Positions 37,877 through 53,480 of a DNA stretch of 64,000 nucleotides are shown here, piece by piece. The stretch is taken from contig OZ218957.1 in the NCBI GenBank assembly GCA_965112735.1, forward strand, positions 2,728,001 through 2,792,000. The letters are read 5' to 3'. How positions within the stretch are numbered: position 1 is the first letter of the stretch; each line of letters begins with the position of its first letter. Under the pieces are notes generated by a model. That model saw nothing but the letters and a program-made list of their open reading frames with translations. It was not told the origin of the DNA and searched no databases. Origin of the DNA: Phaeosaccion multiseriatum. Taxonomy: Eukaryota > Protista > Ochrophyta, other classes. A program made the translations under genes and the position numbers.

Positions 37877-40800
37877 TGCGTACTGCCAGGCCCGGGGGCC
37901 TCTTCTTGCGTCGCTGCAGTCGTGCGCCGCCGGGGTTGGCGCTGCTGCTGCTGCTGCTACTGTTTAGGGAAGACCCGATGCCTCTTGACGGAGCCCTGCC
38001 AGACGATCTCCGCCCTCCCCCTCCCTCCCCCCCAGCCCTCTCCCTCTTTGCCCCCCTCCTCTGCGTCTGTGTCGATGCCCAGAGCAGGCGCTGCTCCTCC
38101 TTGAGCTGCTCCTGTATCGCCAACTGCTCCTGCTGACGCGCCTGTTGCTGCTCCTCCTGCTGCTGCTGTATCACCAACTGCTGCTGCTGTTGCTGCTGCA
38201 CGGCTGCATGGAGCACAGCCGACATGTGGGCCAATCTCTCGTCCCGCTCCCTCTGCATGTGCTCCTGTAACCCCGCCATTCCCCTCTGCATGGCCTGCTC
38301 ATATGCCTGATGCTGCAGAGCTAAATCTTCCGCCGCCAGCCTGTCCTCCCTGTCCTGCCGCCACTGCTGCACCACCGTCTGGGTCTCCCCCTGCTGTCTC
38401 GCCAACTGCTGCTGCTTGTGCATCTCTTCCAGCTGATGGTCTTGTTGGTGGAGATGCTCCAACACGCCCACCTCGTCCAAGAGCTGCTGCTGTAGAGAGG
38501 CTGGCGACTGCCGTATTACGCGTCTCTTCTCCTTCTGCTGAGGCTGCTGGGGCTTGTCATAAGCCCGCGTCAATGGTACGTGACCACGCCCTTGCTCCTG
38601 CCCTTGGTGCATCTCTTCCGGCGCCTCTCCTCCTTCCCTTGTCTTCCCCACTTGAGAGCGCTGCAGTAGAGAGTCCCAATAGAGGCGCGAAGTATCGACA
38701 CCTTCCTCCCCTTCGTCCTCCCCCCCTACGCCCGCACCCTCACCCGCATTATCCCGGGAAAGGGGGGCGCCGCCCACTACATGCCCTAATGCTGCCACAC
38801 CTCCCACATCTCCTTCCCCTCCCCCTCCCTCTCCCTCTCCCCCTCCCTCTCTTCCGTCTCCTCCTCCTCTTCCTCCTTCAACTCTGACCCCGACCACCCC
38901 GCCTTCCCCCTCTGCCTCCGTCCCCGCCCCCTCCCCTCCGTCCCAGCCCGTAGCAGCAGGAGAGGTCTGTAGTGCGGCGTCTGCGCGCGTTGCGGATAGC
39001 AGCAGCTCGAGGGCATCCACGGAAGAGGGAGGCAGGGTGCCACCTCCTCCTCCTCCTCCTCCTCCCTCTCCTCCACCTCCACGCTGCGCCTGCTGCCGAG
39101 GTGGCGAAGACAGAGACCGAGGAGACAGGGGAGGCCCCACGGCCTGGACCGCGGCCCTGGCCACGTGTCTGCGCCTCTCGTCCTCCTGCTGCGCCCTCCT
39201 CTCCTGCTCGCGGGCACCTACCCTCTGAGCCTCCTGCTTCTGCTCCATGATGCGTCGCGCCATCACGTCATACAGAGACACATCCAGCATGCTGCTGTTG
39301 TATTTGTCGTCGTCGTCCTCGTCGCTGCTCACACACCGATCGAGAGCCGCGTACCACTGCCCGTCCTTCCGCACCCTGCCCTGCCCCTCCATGCCTCCTC
39401 CTCCTCCTCCTCCTCCTCCTCCTCTTCCTCGGGTCTGGCGATTGAAGGTGAAGGAGCTTCTGTCGGCTTCGCTTCTCCAAGCACTGTGCTCCAAAAAGGC
39501 CTGGAACGGCTCCTCCTCCTCCTCCTCCTGCTGCCCATCCTGTCCACCCCCCCCCACCGCCGCCGCCGCTCTCCACGCTTCCTCGCTCATTTGCGCTTCT
39601 TGCTTATACCCGAAGGGATGCGGAGGAGGCTGTGGTGACTGCGGGTGTGATGCACCGTTGGTCGCTCCGTTCTCCCACCCCTGCTGCTGTGGCTCTCCCC
39701 GACCCTCCAGCTGCACCACCAGTGGAGGAGGTCGAAAGCTCTCTGCGGTTCCGCTTTCCTCCTCCTCTCGCACAGCACTTGATGTACCGCCATGACGGGC
39801 AGCGACCTCCGAGTCCATTGGATCGTCAGCCCGAGTCCTCTGCTCAAGCCTGGATTTTGATTCATCCTCTTGCTGCTGCTGCTGCTGCTCCTGCTGGCGG
39901 TGCTGCAATAACTCGTGGTGGGGGGAATCCTCGCTCGGTAGGACTGCGTCAGCAAAGGCTCCCGCAAGGCTTTGCGCCCCCTCACCCTCTTCCTCTTCCC
40001 TCTCCGCCTCTGCCCCTTCCCCTTCCTCTCCGTCCTCTTCTTCCTCCCGTTCCACTTGCTCAAGTAATCGCTGCAGGGATCGAGGGTGGTCTGCAGTCAC
40101 AGCCAAACACTCTTGGGCCTCCTCCTCCTCGTCCTCTTCCTTCTCCTCGTCGTCGTCCTGCTCCTCATCCTTCCCTCCTTGAAGCAGTCGCTGAAGAGAG
40201 AGCGGTGGCCCGACAACGGTTTCAGAAGTGCTGTGCCCCACCACCACCTCCTCCTTCTCCGATCCCACTTCCACCCGCGCCGTACTACTCCGTTCACCGC
40301 TCCTTTCCTTCTCCTCCACCTCATGCTGCCCGCCCTCCTGCCCGTCCTGCTTTCCCTGTGCATCAACACCGCCGAAGAGCGCGCGTGTGCGTGCGTGCGT
40401 GCCCTCATTAAGCACTTCGCCACCCCCCTCCCCCTCCATCTCTGCCCCTGCTCCCCCCTCTGGCAGCAGCACCGCCACCGGTGCACTGAAGACTGAGATG
40501 GCCCCACTTCCCCGCGGCGTGACAGCCTCCGACAACTTGCCGACCCTGGCGCTGAGGTCGAGTAACGTCTTGTGCAGTGCCCGCACAGACATATCCTCTT
40601 TGTTCTCTTCCGAGTTGTGCCCGTTGCCACCTCCAGCACTGTCACTTCCACTATCACTGTCGTTGTCACGTTCGCTGTCCTCGCTCGAGGCTCCTTGGCC
40701 CGAGCTTCCTGCACCCTCATCCTCCTCACCGTCCTCACTGCGACTCTCCTCCCCTACACCGCTCTCGCCTTCTTCCTCTTGTTGCTGCTGTATATGCTGT

Positions 40801-43800
40801 TGTTGTTGCTGTCGTTCTAATCTCTCCAGCCTGGACAGCAAGCCTTCATCTGCCCTCGGCCCGGCTGGGGCCTCGTGCGAATGCGAGTGGGGATGCCCAC
40901 GGTAAGCACCCCATTCTGCGCCATCAAAGACATGGGGAAGCTGCTTTACATACTGTTCTCCCCCCTCCACCTCCTCCTCCTCCACCACCACCTCTTCTCC
41001 TCTCCGCTCCTCCTCCTCCTCCTCCTGCTGCTCCTCCTGCTCCTCTTCTTCTGGCTGCTGTTCCTCATCCAGCACACCCACCCAAGGAGGTCTGTCTTGA
41101 ACCCCTAGTCCTCCGCTTCCTCCGCTCCTTCTCCTCCTCAACCTCCCTCCTCCTTGCCCCTGCCCGTGCGTCTCAGATGACCCGTTCTCTCGACTCGAGT
41201 CCTCCATACCGCCGCTCAGTCTGACAGGACCCGTGCGCTTCCTCTGCATCCTGGCACTGGTACTGGTTCCGCTGTCTCCTCCCCGCCTCCTCGCCCTGAT
41301 AGCCTGCTTCCTCCTCACCTGATCCACGCTTCTCAGCGCTGCCTTTAGGTCTTGTGCCTTCTTCTGATTGATCTCTATTCTCCGCTTGGCTTCCCTTGCC
41401 TCCCGGAGCCTCTTGTCCTTCATGTACTGCAGCACTTCCAGCCTCGCCTTCTCCTTCTTCTGTCGCTTCCTCTCCCTCTCCTCCGCGACACGACCCTCCT
41501 CCTCCTCCTCCTCGTCGTCGTCGTCATTATCGTCTTTAGCATGATGGTCACCACCACCACCTCCTCCCCCGTTCTCGTTAGCCTTCCCAGCCCCTCTCGC
41601 TCCCTTCTTCCTCATAGCCTCAGCCTTGTCCAGGGCTGCGCTCGCCGCTTTAAACCGGTCCGACTCGTTGCGTCCCTCCTCCTCCTTCCCCTCCTCCCCA
41701 TCACCCTCCCCTCCTCCCCCCGCCCCATCCGCTTCAAAGTCACTGCCGTATCCATCCTCCTCCTCCTCATGGTCATCTTCACGCTTCCCCTCTGCTACTG
41801 CTCCCTCCTCTCTCTTCGCAGGAGACTCGACGATGGCAGCCGACGACGGGGTCCAGATGGGCGCACTAGCGCGATGCGCCCTGCCACCGTCCCCATCCCC
41901 AACCCTGAGGAAGGAAGACAAATCATCGCCCTCTTGCCCGACGCCGTCATCAGACACAGCACTGCCACTTCGAGCCCGAGCACGGCCCCGCCCTCTGTCC
42001 TCCTTCCGTCTCCTCCGCAACGTGGGCAGTCCGTTCCCAGCACCCGAAGAAGAAGAAGAAGAAGAAGCATATGGGCCAGGCTCCAGCTGCGGCTGCGGTT
42101 GTCGCGGTACCCTCCCTCCTGGCCCTCTAGCACTAGCGCCCACACTCACACTCGCACTCCCACCCCCACGGCCAGAAGAGCCGGCCGATGAGGGCTCACG
42201 AGCTGTGGGTGACAGCGGCTGTGCGGGTGGAGGTGGTACGGACGATGAACGATGACTACTGCTGGGTGCCGCGGGGGGGGGGGGCATAGCAGGCACAGGC
42301 AAGGCGACCCCTTCCCCAGAGGAGGGCGCGGGGGTGCCATGACACGTCATTGTGCCTATTCTGTCGACCTGTTGCACTTTTCGATTCTGGAGGGAGGCTA
42401 AAGTGCGGGCGTTGGTGCTTCGGATCACATCTGACATGTCCTTCAGACGACCCCTGCGAGCCTGCGGGAAAAAAGAGAGGGAGAGCACAGGGGGGGGGGG
42501 GGAGAGAAGAGAGAGAGCTTGGGTGAGATACACACACACAGAGAGAGAGAGCCTGTGTCGTGTGGTACCAATCATGCACTCCTTCCTTCTCATGTCCGAT
42601 CCGAAAAGAGCCCACCCACCTTCTTCTCCAGCTCTTCCTTCTCTCTCTTCTCCTTTCGCTGCTGCACCCTCGAGGCTGCAAGTGCCGCCCGAGCCTTCGC
42701 TTTGGCCGCTGCCGCTGCTGCCTCCTCTTTCGTCATCTTCGGTGGCTGCTGCTGCTGCTGGTGGTGGTGGTGGTGTTGCTGGTGCTGTGGAGGGGGGGCT
42801 CCTCCCGCGTGGGTGCGTCTCTGTGGGGATGGACTCTCGCTCCTCGTCCAAATACGGCGTTGCTGCTGCTGCTGCTGCTGCTGCTGCCGTTGGTGGTGCT
42901 GCAAGACCCTGCCCCCCGCCATGTTAGTCATCTGCTCCACGCTCAACAGCAGCGGCCCGGGGGAGCCCTGCGCTGCTCGCGACACATGCACGGAAACCGC
43001 GGCTGAGAGAGAGAGAGAGAAAGAGAGGGAGGGAGGGAGGGAGGGAGGGAGGGAAGGAGGGAGGGAGAGAGAGAGAGAGAAAGAGAGGGAGGGAGGGAGA
43101 GGGGCGTTGGTGTTTCCAAAGCAGAGGACGAGAGAGAGAGGGTACCAGAGCCAGTGACCATGCTCAGAGAGGATGGCAGTGAGTGACTGCGTGAGTGAGT
43201 GAGTGAGTGAGTGTGTCTGGAGGCCCTCTCTCTTACACAACATCGATCGCATAAGCGAGAAATGCCAGTGGCAAGATATGGATATAGGGGTGCCCCCCCC
43301 CCGTTCCCCCTCCCCCATCCCCCGTCAAACTGGGTGTCAAAACCAAAAACCGACCGCCCCACACACCCCACACTCCATGTACTTCCCTCACCTTCTTCAA
43401 AGGCCCGCACTTCAGCCTCCTCCACCGCCTCCCCGTAGGAGGCTCGAGTGTCCCCCGCCGCCACCGGAGAGGGGGGGGTCAGAGGTGTCATGTCACCCCA
43501 CCTGTTGCCCTCCTCGGGAGACGCCGAGGCTGCCCTGCGCAGCTCGTCTGCCAGCAGCTGGTCCGCAGAGCGCATGTACCGGTACTCGTAACTGTTGTAA
43601 CTGTCCGGATGTGGCTGTGGTGATGGCTGTGGTCGTGGCTGTGGTCCACCATCGCTTGGGTCAGGGGGCAGAGGGGGAGGAGGGGTCCCGCGCCACGATG
43701 TGCCTTCTCCCCATCCCCCTCCCCCTCCTCCTCCTCCTCCTGCTGCTGCTGCTACTTCTTCGTCGAAGGCGCCCCTCTCTCCCTCCTCATCTCCCCAAGG

Positions 43801-44439
43801 CAGCCCACTCACACCACCACCACTACCCATGGGATACCCGTGAGGCGACGGAGCGGCAGCAACAGCAGCGGCTGTCTCTCGGAGCAGTGAGGCTGCCCCT
43901 GCGGCTGCTGCTTCCTCTGGTGAGTCAAGCCCCACTCCCCAGCGATCGTCGCCGTGGAACCTTGCCGTGGGGGAACGCTGATAGCTCAAGGTCAACGGCC
44001 GAGTCCCACCCACTACAGCGCTTCGAAGCCCCGTACGATCCGCCAGGGCATGGTGATACTTCTGTTGCTGTTGCTGGTGGTGGTGGGGGTGTTGGATCGA
44101 GGCCGTGGGCGATTCGTGGTGGTCACTGGGATTCCATGCGTGCATGGGAGCGCGGGAGGGGGGAGAACGCGGCCGAGGAGGGGAGAGGGGGAGGTCTCCC
44201 TCTCCACTATCCTCTCTCCAGCTCATCTTGACCCATCCACCTGTACCACCGTCACTGATACTCACGCCATTGATGACAGCAGCAGAAGGCGTCCCCGACC
44301 CCCTCCCTTCTGCCCTCCCTGTCCTGTCAGTTCCTCCCCAGCCCGAGGAGGAATGTGTTTCGCCTTCCACCTTTCTGGCGCTGCCAATCGAGATGGAGGC
44401 GTCCAGTCGCCGCCGCACAACGGACACCTTGGGCAACAT
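30669..44439 (-). CDS. Giant (~4,400 aa) acidic coiled-coil/disordered protein with an IQ-like motif and DUF4378-like C-terminus, CEP350/TRM-like (exons 44439-43392, 43002-42620, 42461-30669)
   Basis: 11,793-nt stop-free terminal exon and consistent splice phases. The C-terminus HQRTLFDAMNEAL...WLYHSAEELEMKCELADDVLEALLEETV resembles DUF4378. IQALQRGRLKR is IQ-like. Confidence 0.72.
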
Positions 44440-44781
44440 GAGGACCTTAGGCGCTGCGCTGTCCCCTCTGTCCTCGGTCGTCAACTTCCACGATTCATGA
44501 AGTACACAGTAATGAGGGAGGTGAAAGATACACAGTTGGGAATGGCGGTTTTGAAGGAAAGGATCCGCTGCTGCTGTTGCGCTCCTGCTGATACTACTGT
44601 ACGATGCAGATCCTGAGGATCCCTGCTGTTCACCGCCTCTCCCTTCGCCCTTCGGTCTTGAACGTTAATAAATTCCCCCAGGGATGGGGAAACCAGCTGT
44701 GAGTCGCGGCGTCGGCCTGTGCAGCACACAAAGAAAACTAAGCTTGCAAGCTTGCGGTGGCGAGAAGGGCCAGCCGGAATT

Positions 44782-49312
<4,531 letters not shown>

Positions 49313-49564
49313 GAAGTGAGTGCGCTGGTGCTGCGTCTGTCTGGCCCGTGGGCGGGGGAGGGGGGAAGGAGGAGAGAGCGCGCGTATCGAACAAGGCTCA
49401 ATTAAAGTCATGGGAAGAATTGTTTTGAAACGCATATACAATAGACGAGCTAAGTCAGAAAAAGAAAGAAAGGAAGGTGACGTAAGTCTCAAACGGCTTT
49501 GTGGGTTGTTTATGCCGATACATCTGCCTCTTTCTCTCTCTCCCTCTCCCTCCCTCTCTCTCTC

Positions 49565-49880
49565 GACACCCGTGCCCCTGCCAAGACTGTCAACACCCCC
49601 GATCGACGGGAACTCTTGACACAGTGCGAGTGTGTTCATCTGTGCTGCCGGTACCTCTCTCCCAGAATCGGAGGGACAGGCGGTCAGTCTTGGCCGTGGC
49701 AGGGGTGTCCATTGGCATGTACCCAACTGCTTCATTCCTCCAACGCGGCAGGGGCTATATCCCCAGTACCAACATTCACAAAACTCATGTCTAGGGACAC
49801 ATGATCTCCTCCGATCGGAGCCATTTCAGCGTCAAGCCAGAGGCAGTGTCGCAGGAACTACGAATGACCAACTTGCGCAC
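49565..49880 (-). pseudogene. Internally deleted ankyrin-like remnant plus the terminal 25 bp of a convergent copy
   Basis: The minus strand has LKWLRSEEIMCP...HANGHPCHGQD* with indels. The 3' flank matches 27023-27125, and gcgcaagttggtcattc (49862-49878 rc) matches 25852-25868. Confidence 0.85.
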
Positions 49881-50037
49881 TTCTCGCTCACACTGTCCTG
49901 GTGGAGAGACGCGCCCCCTTGCTCGTGAACACATAACTCCAACCAAAAAGGGCAGGGCGGCGGCCCACCACGCCTCACGAGCTGAGAATGAAGGAATGAG
50001 GAAGCCGCAAACACACACAACGGAGCCTCAGCAGACC

Positions 50038-51438
50038 TCAAAGCCCCTCCCCTGCATAGCTCACCAGAGGACTGACCTCTTCAGCACCGGCCTCCGATGC
50101 GTCCGGACTACCTCCATCACCGCCACCATCACCATCACCATCCCCGCCCCCTTGCCCTAGCCTTGCTGCTCTCGCTCTCGCTCTCTGCCGCCACCGCTGA
50201 CCCCTGCTCATCAGCATATCCTTCGCCACCTCTGGAGAGTCTCCCGCCGCACTGCCCGGGGCATTCTTCACAGGTGCAAACTCCTCGGCCCTGGACACTT
50301 CTCCCACGACCATCCTCTCGGAGAGGGGGAAGACATCAAAGATAAAGCTCTCTAGCTTGAGTCCGTTGATTGAAGAGGGCGTGACGGTTTCGCCCGTGGC
50401 CTCGTCCACAGCAGGGATCTTCTTCCTAGCTACGTGGAAGGGCACACCCCCCCGGGAACTGGAGCTGCTGCTGGACCCATCCACCTCGGGTAAGACCTTG
50501 CCCAGGGGGGCGTGGGGGGGGGGGTGGAGGGGGTGGAGAAAGGGAGAGTGGGAAGCAGCCAGGGGAGGTGAGGGTAATGGCGTGGTGGTGTGAGTGAGCC
50601 AAGCACAGCCCCTGACCTACACCTTCCCTCTCCTCCTCCTCATCCTCCTCCTCCTCCTCCTCCTCCTCCTCCTCCTCCTCCTCCTCCTCGGTGAAGGGGG
50701 GGGGAGTGACGGAGACCAAAGGACCGGGACTGGACACGGCTCACCTTGTCCCGTATAAACGCAGTGGAGAAGTAGTGATTGCAAATGTTGCCGGCTCCAA
50801 ACACCAGCTTGCCGCCGCCCTCTCCACCTCCTCCACCCTCCCCTCCAGCGGTGGTGCGAGTGCACATTTCGTCGCTCATTTCACTATACTCTACGATGCA
50901 GGGTCTACCCCCCTTGAGAGCCATCACACCGACCTGCACCGCCAGCAGCCAGTCATATGGGAGGAGGCGAGAGGAGAGGCAGTAGTGCATGGGTCAGGAG
51001 GCACAAGAGAGAAAACACACACCACAATCCCATCAGCACCAGGATCAGCACCAGCACCAGCAACAACAGCACCAGCACCAGCATCAGTATCAAAACCAGC
51101 ACCAGCACTAGCATCAACACCAGCACCAGCACCAGCATCAGCATCAGCGCGAGGAGAAGCAGCAGTCCTCGTCTTGTCCTTCCCCGCTGCTCTACCAGAA
51201 GCGCGCCAGTCAGTCTGCCCGCCCCACCCCCAGTCCACCCATCCTCTTCATCCACTGCCGTCTACCACCCTCTTCGCCCGCCCCTCCCCTTCATCCACTG
51301 CCATCTTCTTCTCCGCCCGCCCCGCCCCGCCAGCCGATCTGCCTGTCTGCCTGCCTGCTCTCCATCCAGTGCCATCCTCCCCCTCACACACACACACAAC
51401 ACGCACACATACACACACACACACACACACACAACACG

Positions 51439-51471
<33 letters not shown>

Positions 51472-52937
51472 CTTCTCGTGCGGGTGGGCCTTCCATGTGC
51501 TCTTGTTGCCGCAGTCCGCCCCCCTCTCCTTGCAGCAGCCCACGAACACGGGGTCAGCGGGCTTGACCAGCGCATTGTCCACCGCAAACACGTGCACATG
51601 TTGTACTCCGCGTCTGTCCATGTCAGCCAACGCACCGCTATTCTGTAACGCCATGTACACGCCTCCGTTGCCGTCCGGCGCCTCTGCCAGCCTGTGAGGC
51701 CCCTCTAGGAGGAACTTCCCCTCCGGAGAGAGGCAGGGGAGGGTGCCCTGCTGGAAGAAGAACACATCTGCCGGCGGTAGGCCAAAAAAACTATTCTCTG
51801 CAAAGTAGGTTTCCGTTGCGGCGTGGTTTAGCGGGCTGGTCATGATGTACCAGGGAAGGTGCACCTCCTCGCCATTGCCCTCGATGGCCTCACTCGCTCC
51901 TCCTCCGCCTCCTCCTCCCTCTCTCTCCCGCGACCCATGCCTCGCTGCAGCAGCCAGCTGCCGAAGCCGCTGTATTCGCTCCGCTTGCAGTTGGAAGAGA
52001 GACTTGCCAGACGGCAGGCCTATGGAGTACATGCCCTTGGGTCCCTCGAAGCACAACCTTGTGCCCTGCCCCCCGCTCAGCACCACTGCTGCCACTTGCC
52101 CCGCCGCAATGGCCTCGAGCCCTGCTGCCCGCCATCGGATCAAGTCTGCGGGTCCTCCTTCTCCTTCACACCGATCAGGAGGGGGGGGAGGGAGGCAGAG
52201 AGTTGAGAGTTGAGAGTTTAGAGTTGAATGGGCCTCATTCATCGACGTTGTTCAGTCCGGGGGCGAAGGGAGGGGGGTTGGGGGTGAATAGGGGGGGGGG
52301 TGGTACTTCTTCAGACTTCCCTCACCTTCGTCCTCTCCTCCACCACTATTCGCGTCGCTCGGCTCCACGAAGCTGACCACTGAGGTGAAGGGCTGAACCT
52401 GCTCCTCCTCCTTCTCCGCACCTGATTGCCATTGCCGGGGAGGGGGAGGCAAGGAAGAACGGAAAAAAAGACAGGTTAGATGGAGGAGGGGTCCCTTCTC
52501 AGTAAGAGTTCACCTTGAGTTGGTGCCCGTACTTCATTGATTGATGGATCGTACGCTCACTGCGCTGCATGCAGAAGAGGTCATCAAAGCCACAGCAACA
52601 CGTACTACAAGAGATAGAGATCTAATAGAGCAGCTTCAAAGCCGATAGAGTCTCATCTACCTTCCTTGCCTCCCTCAGCAGCGTCAGCCTCAGCCGCAGC
52701 CGCCTCCGTGGCCTTCTTAAACAGCGCATTCACCCTAATAGGATTGTGCGCCCCGAGCTGCTCCACGAAGGCGCGGAGGGACGTCTCGTCCACTCCCTGA
52801 CTGCCGCTGCTACCGCTGCTCTCGCTGTCGATGAAGCGAAAGACATGGCCCTGACCGCAGTCCGTGTACAGCTTGCGTAGCTCGCTCGGCACCCCCACTG
52901 CTGCTACTGCTGCTACGGAAGAGACCACAGAGGCCAT
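50038..52937 (-). CDS. UAP1: UDP-N-acetylglucosamine pyrophosphorylase, multi-exon
   Basis: LSGGQGTRL, PKGMYSIGLPSGKSLFQLQAERI, FFQQGTLPC, APDGNGG, VDNALVKPADPVFVG, VEYSE, GNICNHYF, KLESFIFDVF, EFAPVKNA. Confidence 0.95.
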
Positions 52938-53351
52938 GAGTCCCAGGTTACGAAGGATGGCGAAGCAGGGTCCCCTCTCACTCCCCGGCCCAATGTTACT
53001 TTTAGCATCAAGTATCGAGGTCTTCGATTTCAGAAATCGATCCCTTTATCCCCCCCAGCGACAAACGAGGCACTTTAAAAAACTTTTTTCCCTCTCCCTC
53101 TCCCTCTCTCTTGCATTCGCGTGTGCTCTCTAGGCTGTCGTGGACGCTGTTGCTCTTTTTGGTGCTTCGCTCGGCGTCTTCTGCTTTTTGGTTGCTTTGG
53201 AAGGAGACGAGAGAACAAAATTGGGGGGAAATCGACTCAACCTTTCAAGTCAAAGCCAAACAGAGAGGAACTGCACGATGAGGGAGTGAGTGCCGAGCAC
53301 GAGGACGTGGGACACTGCCTGCGACGCGGTAGCCCCTCGATCTGTGACTGA

Positions 53352-53408
53352 TACGGCCTGAACTGTCACGGCCTCGACCTGCAACTGGGTACGGCCTGAA
53401 CTGTCACG
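53352..53408. promoter_or_regulatory. 19-bp direct repeat in the divergent promoter
   Basis: tacggcctgaactgtcacg at 53352-53370 and 53390-53408, between the UAP1 and hydrolase starts. Regulatory role is inferred from position only. Confidence 0.45.
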
Positions 53409-53480
53409 TACTCGCTCACAACAATCTTCAATCTTCAATCTTCGGCTTGCTGCTGCTACCTTCTCTCACCGCATCACACA

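Noticed and set aside
42462-42851. ORF-track start of the 4060-aa protein
   Set aside because: It includes intron 42619-42462 and the wrong frame of exon 2. The spliced model starting at 44439 fits better.
31052-43157. Numerous antisense and alternative-frame ORFs over the giant gene
   Set aside because: Expected from GC-rich triplet repeats. No recognisable domains.
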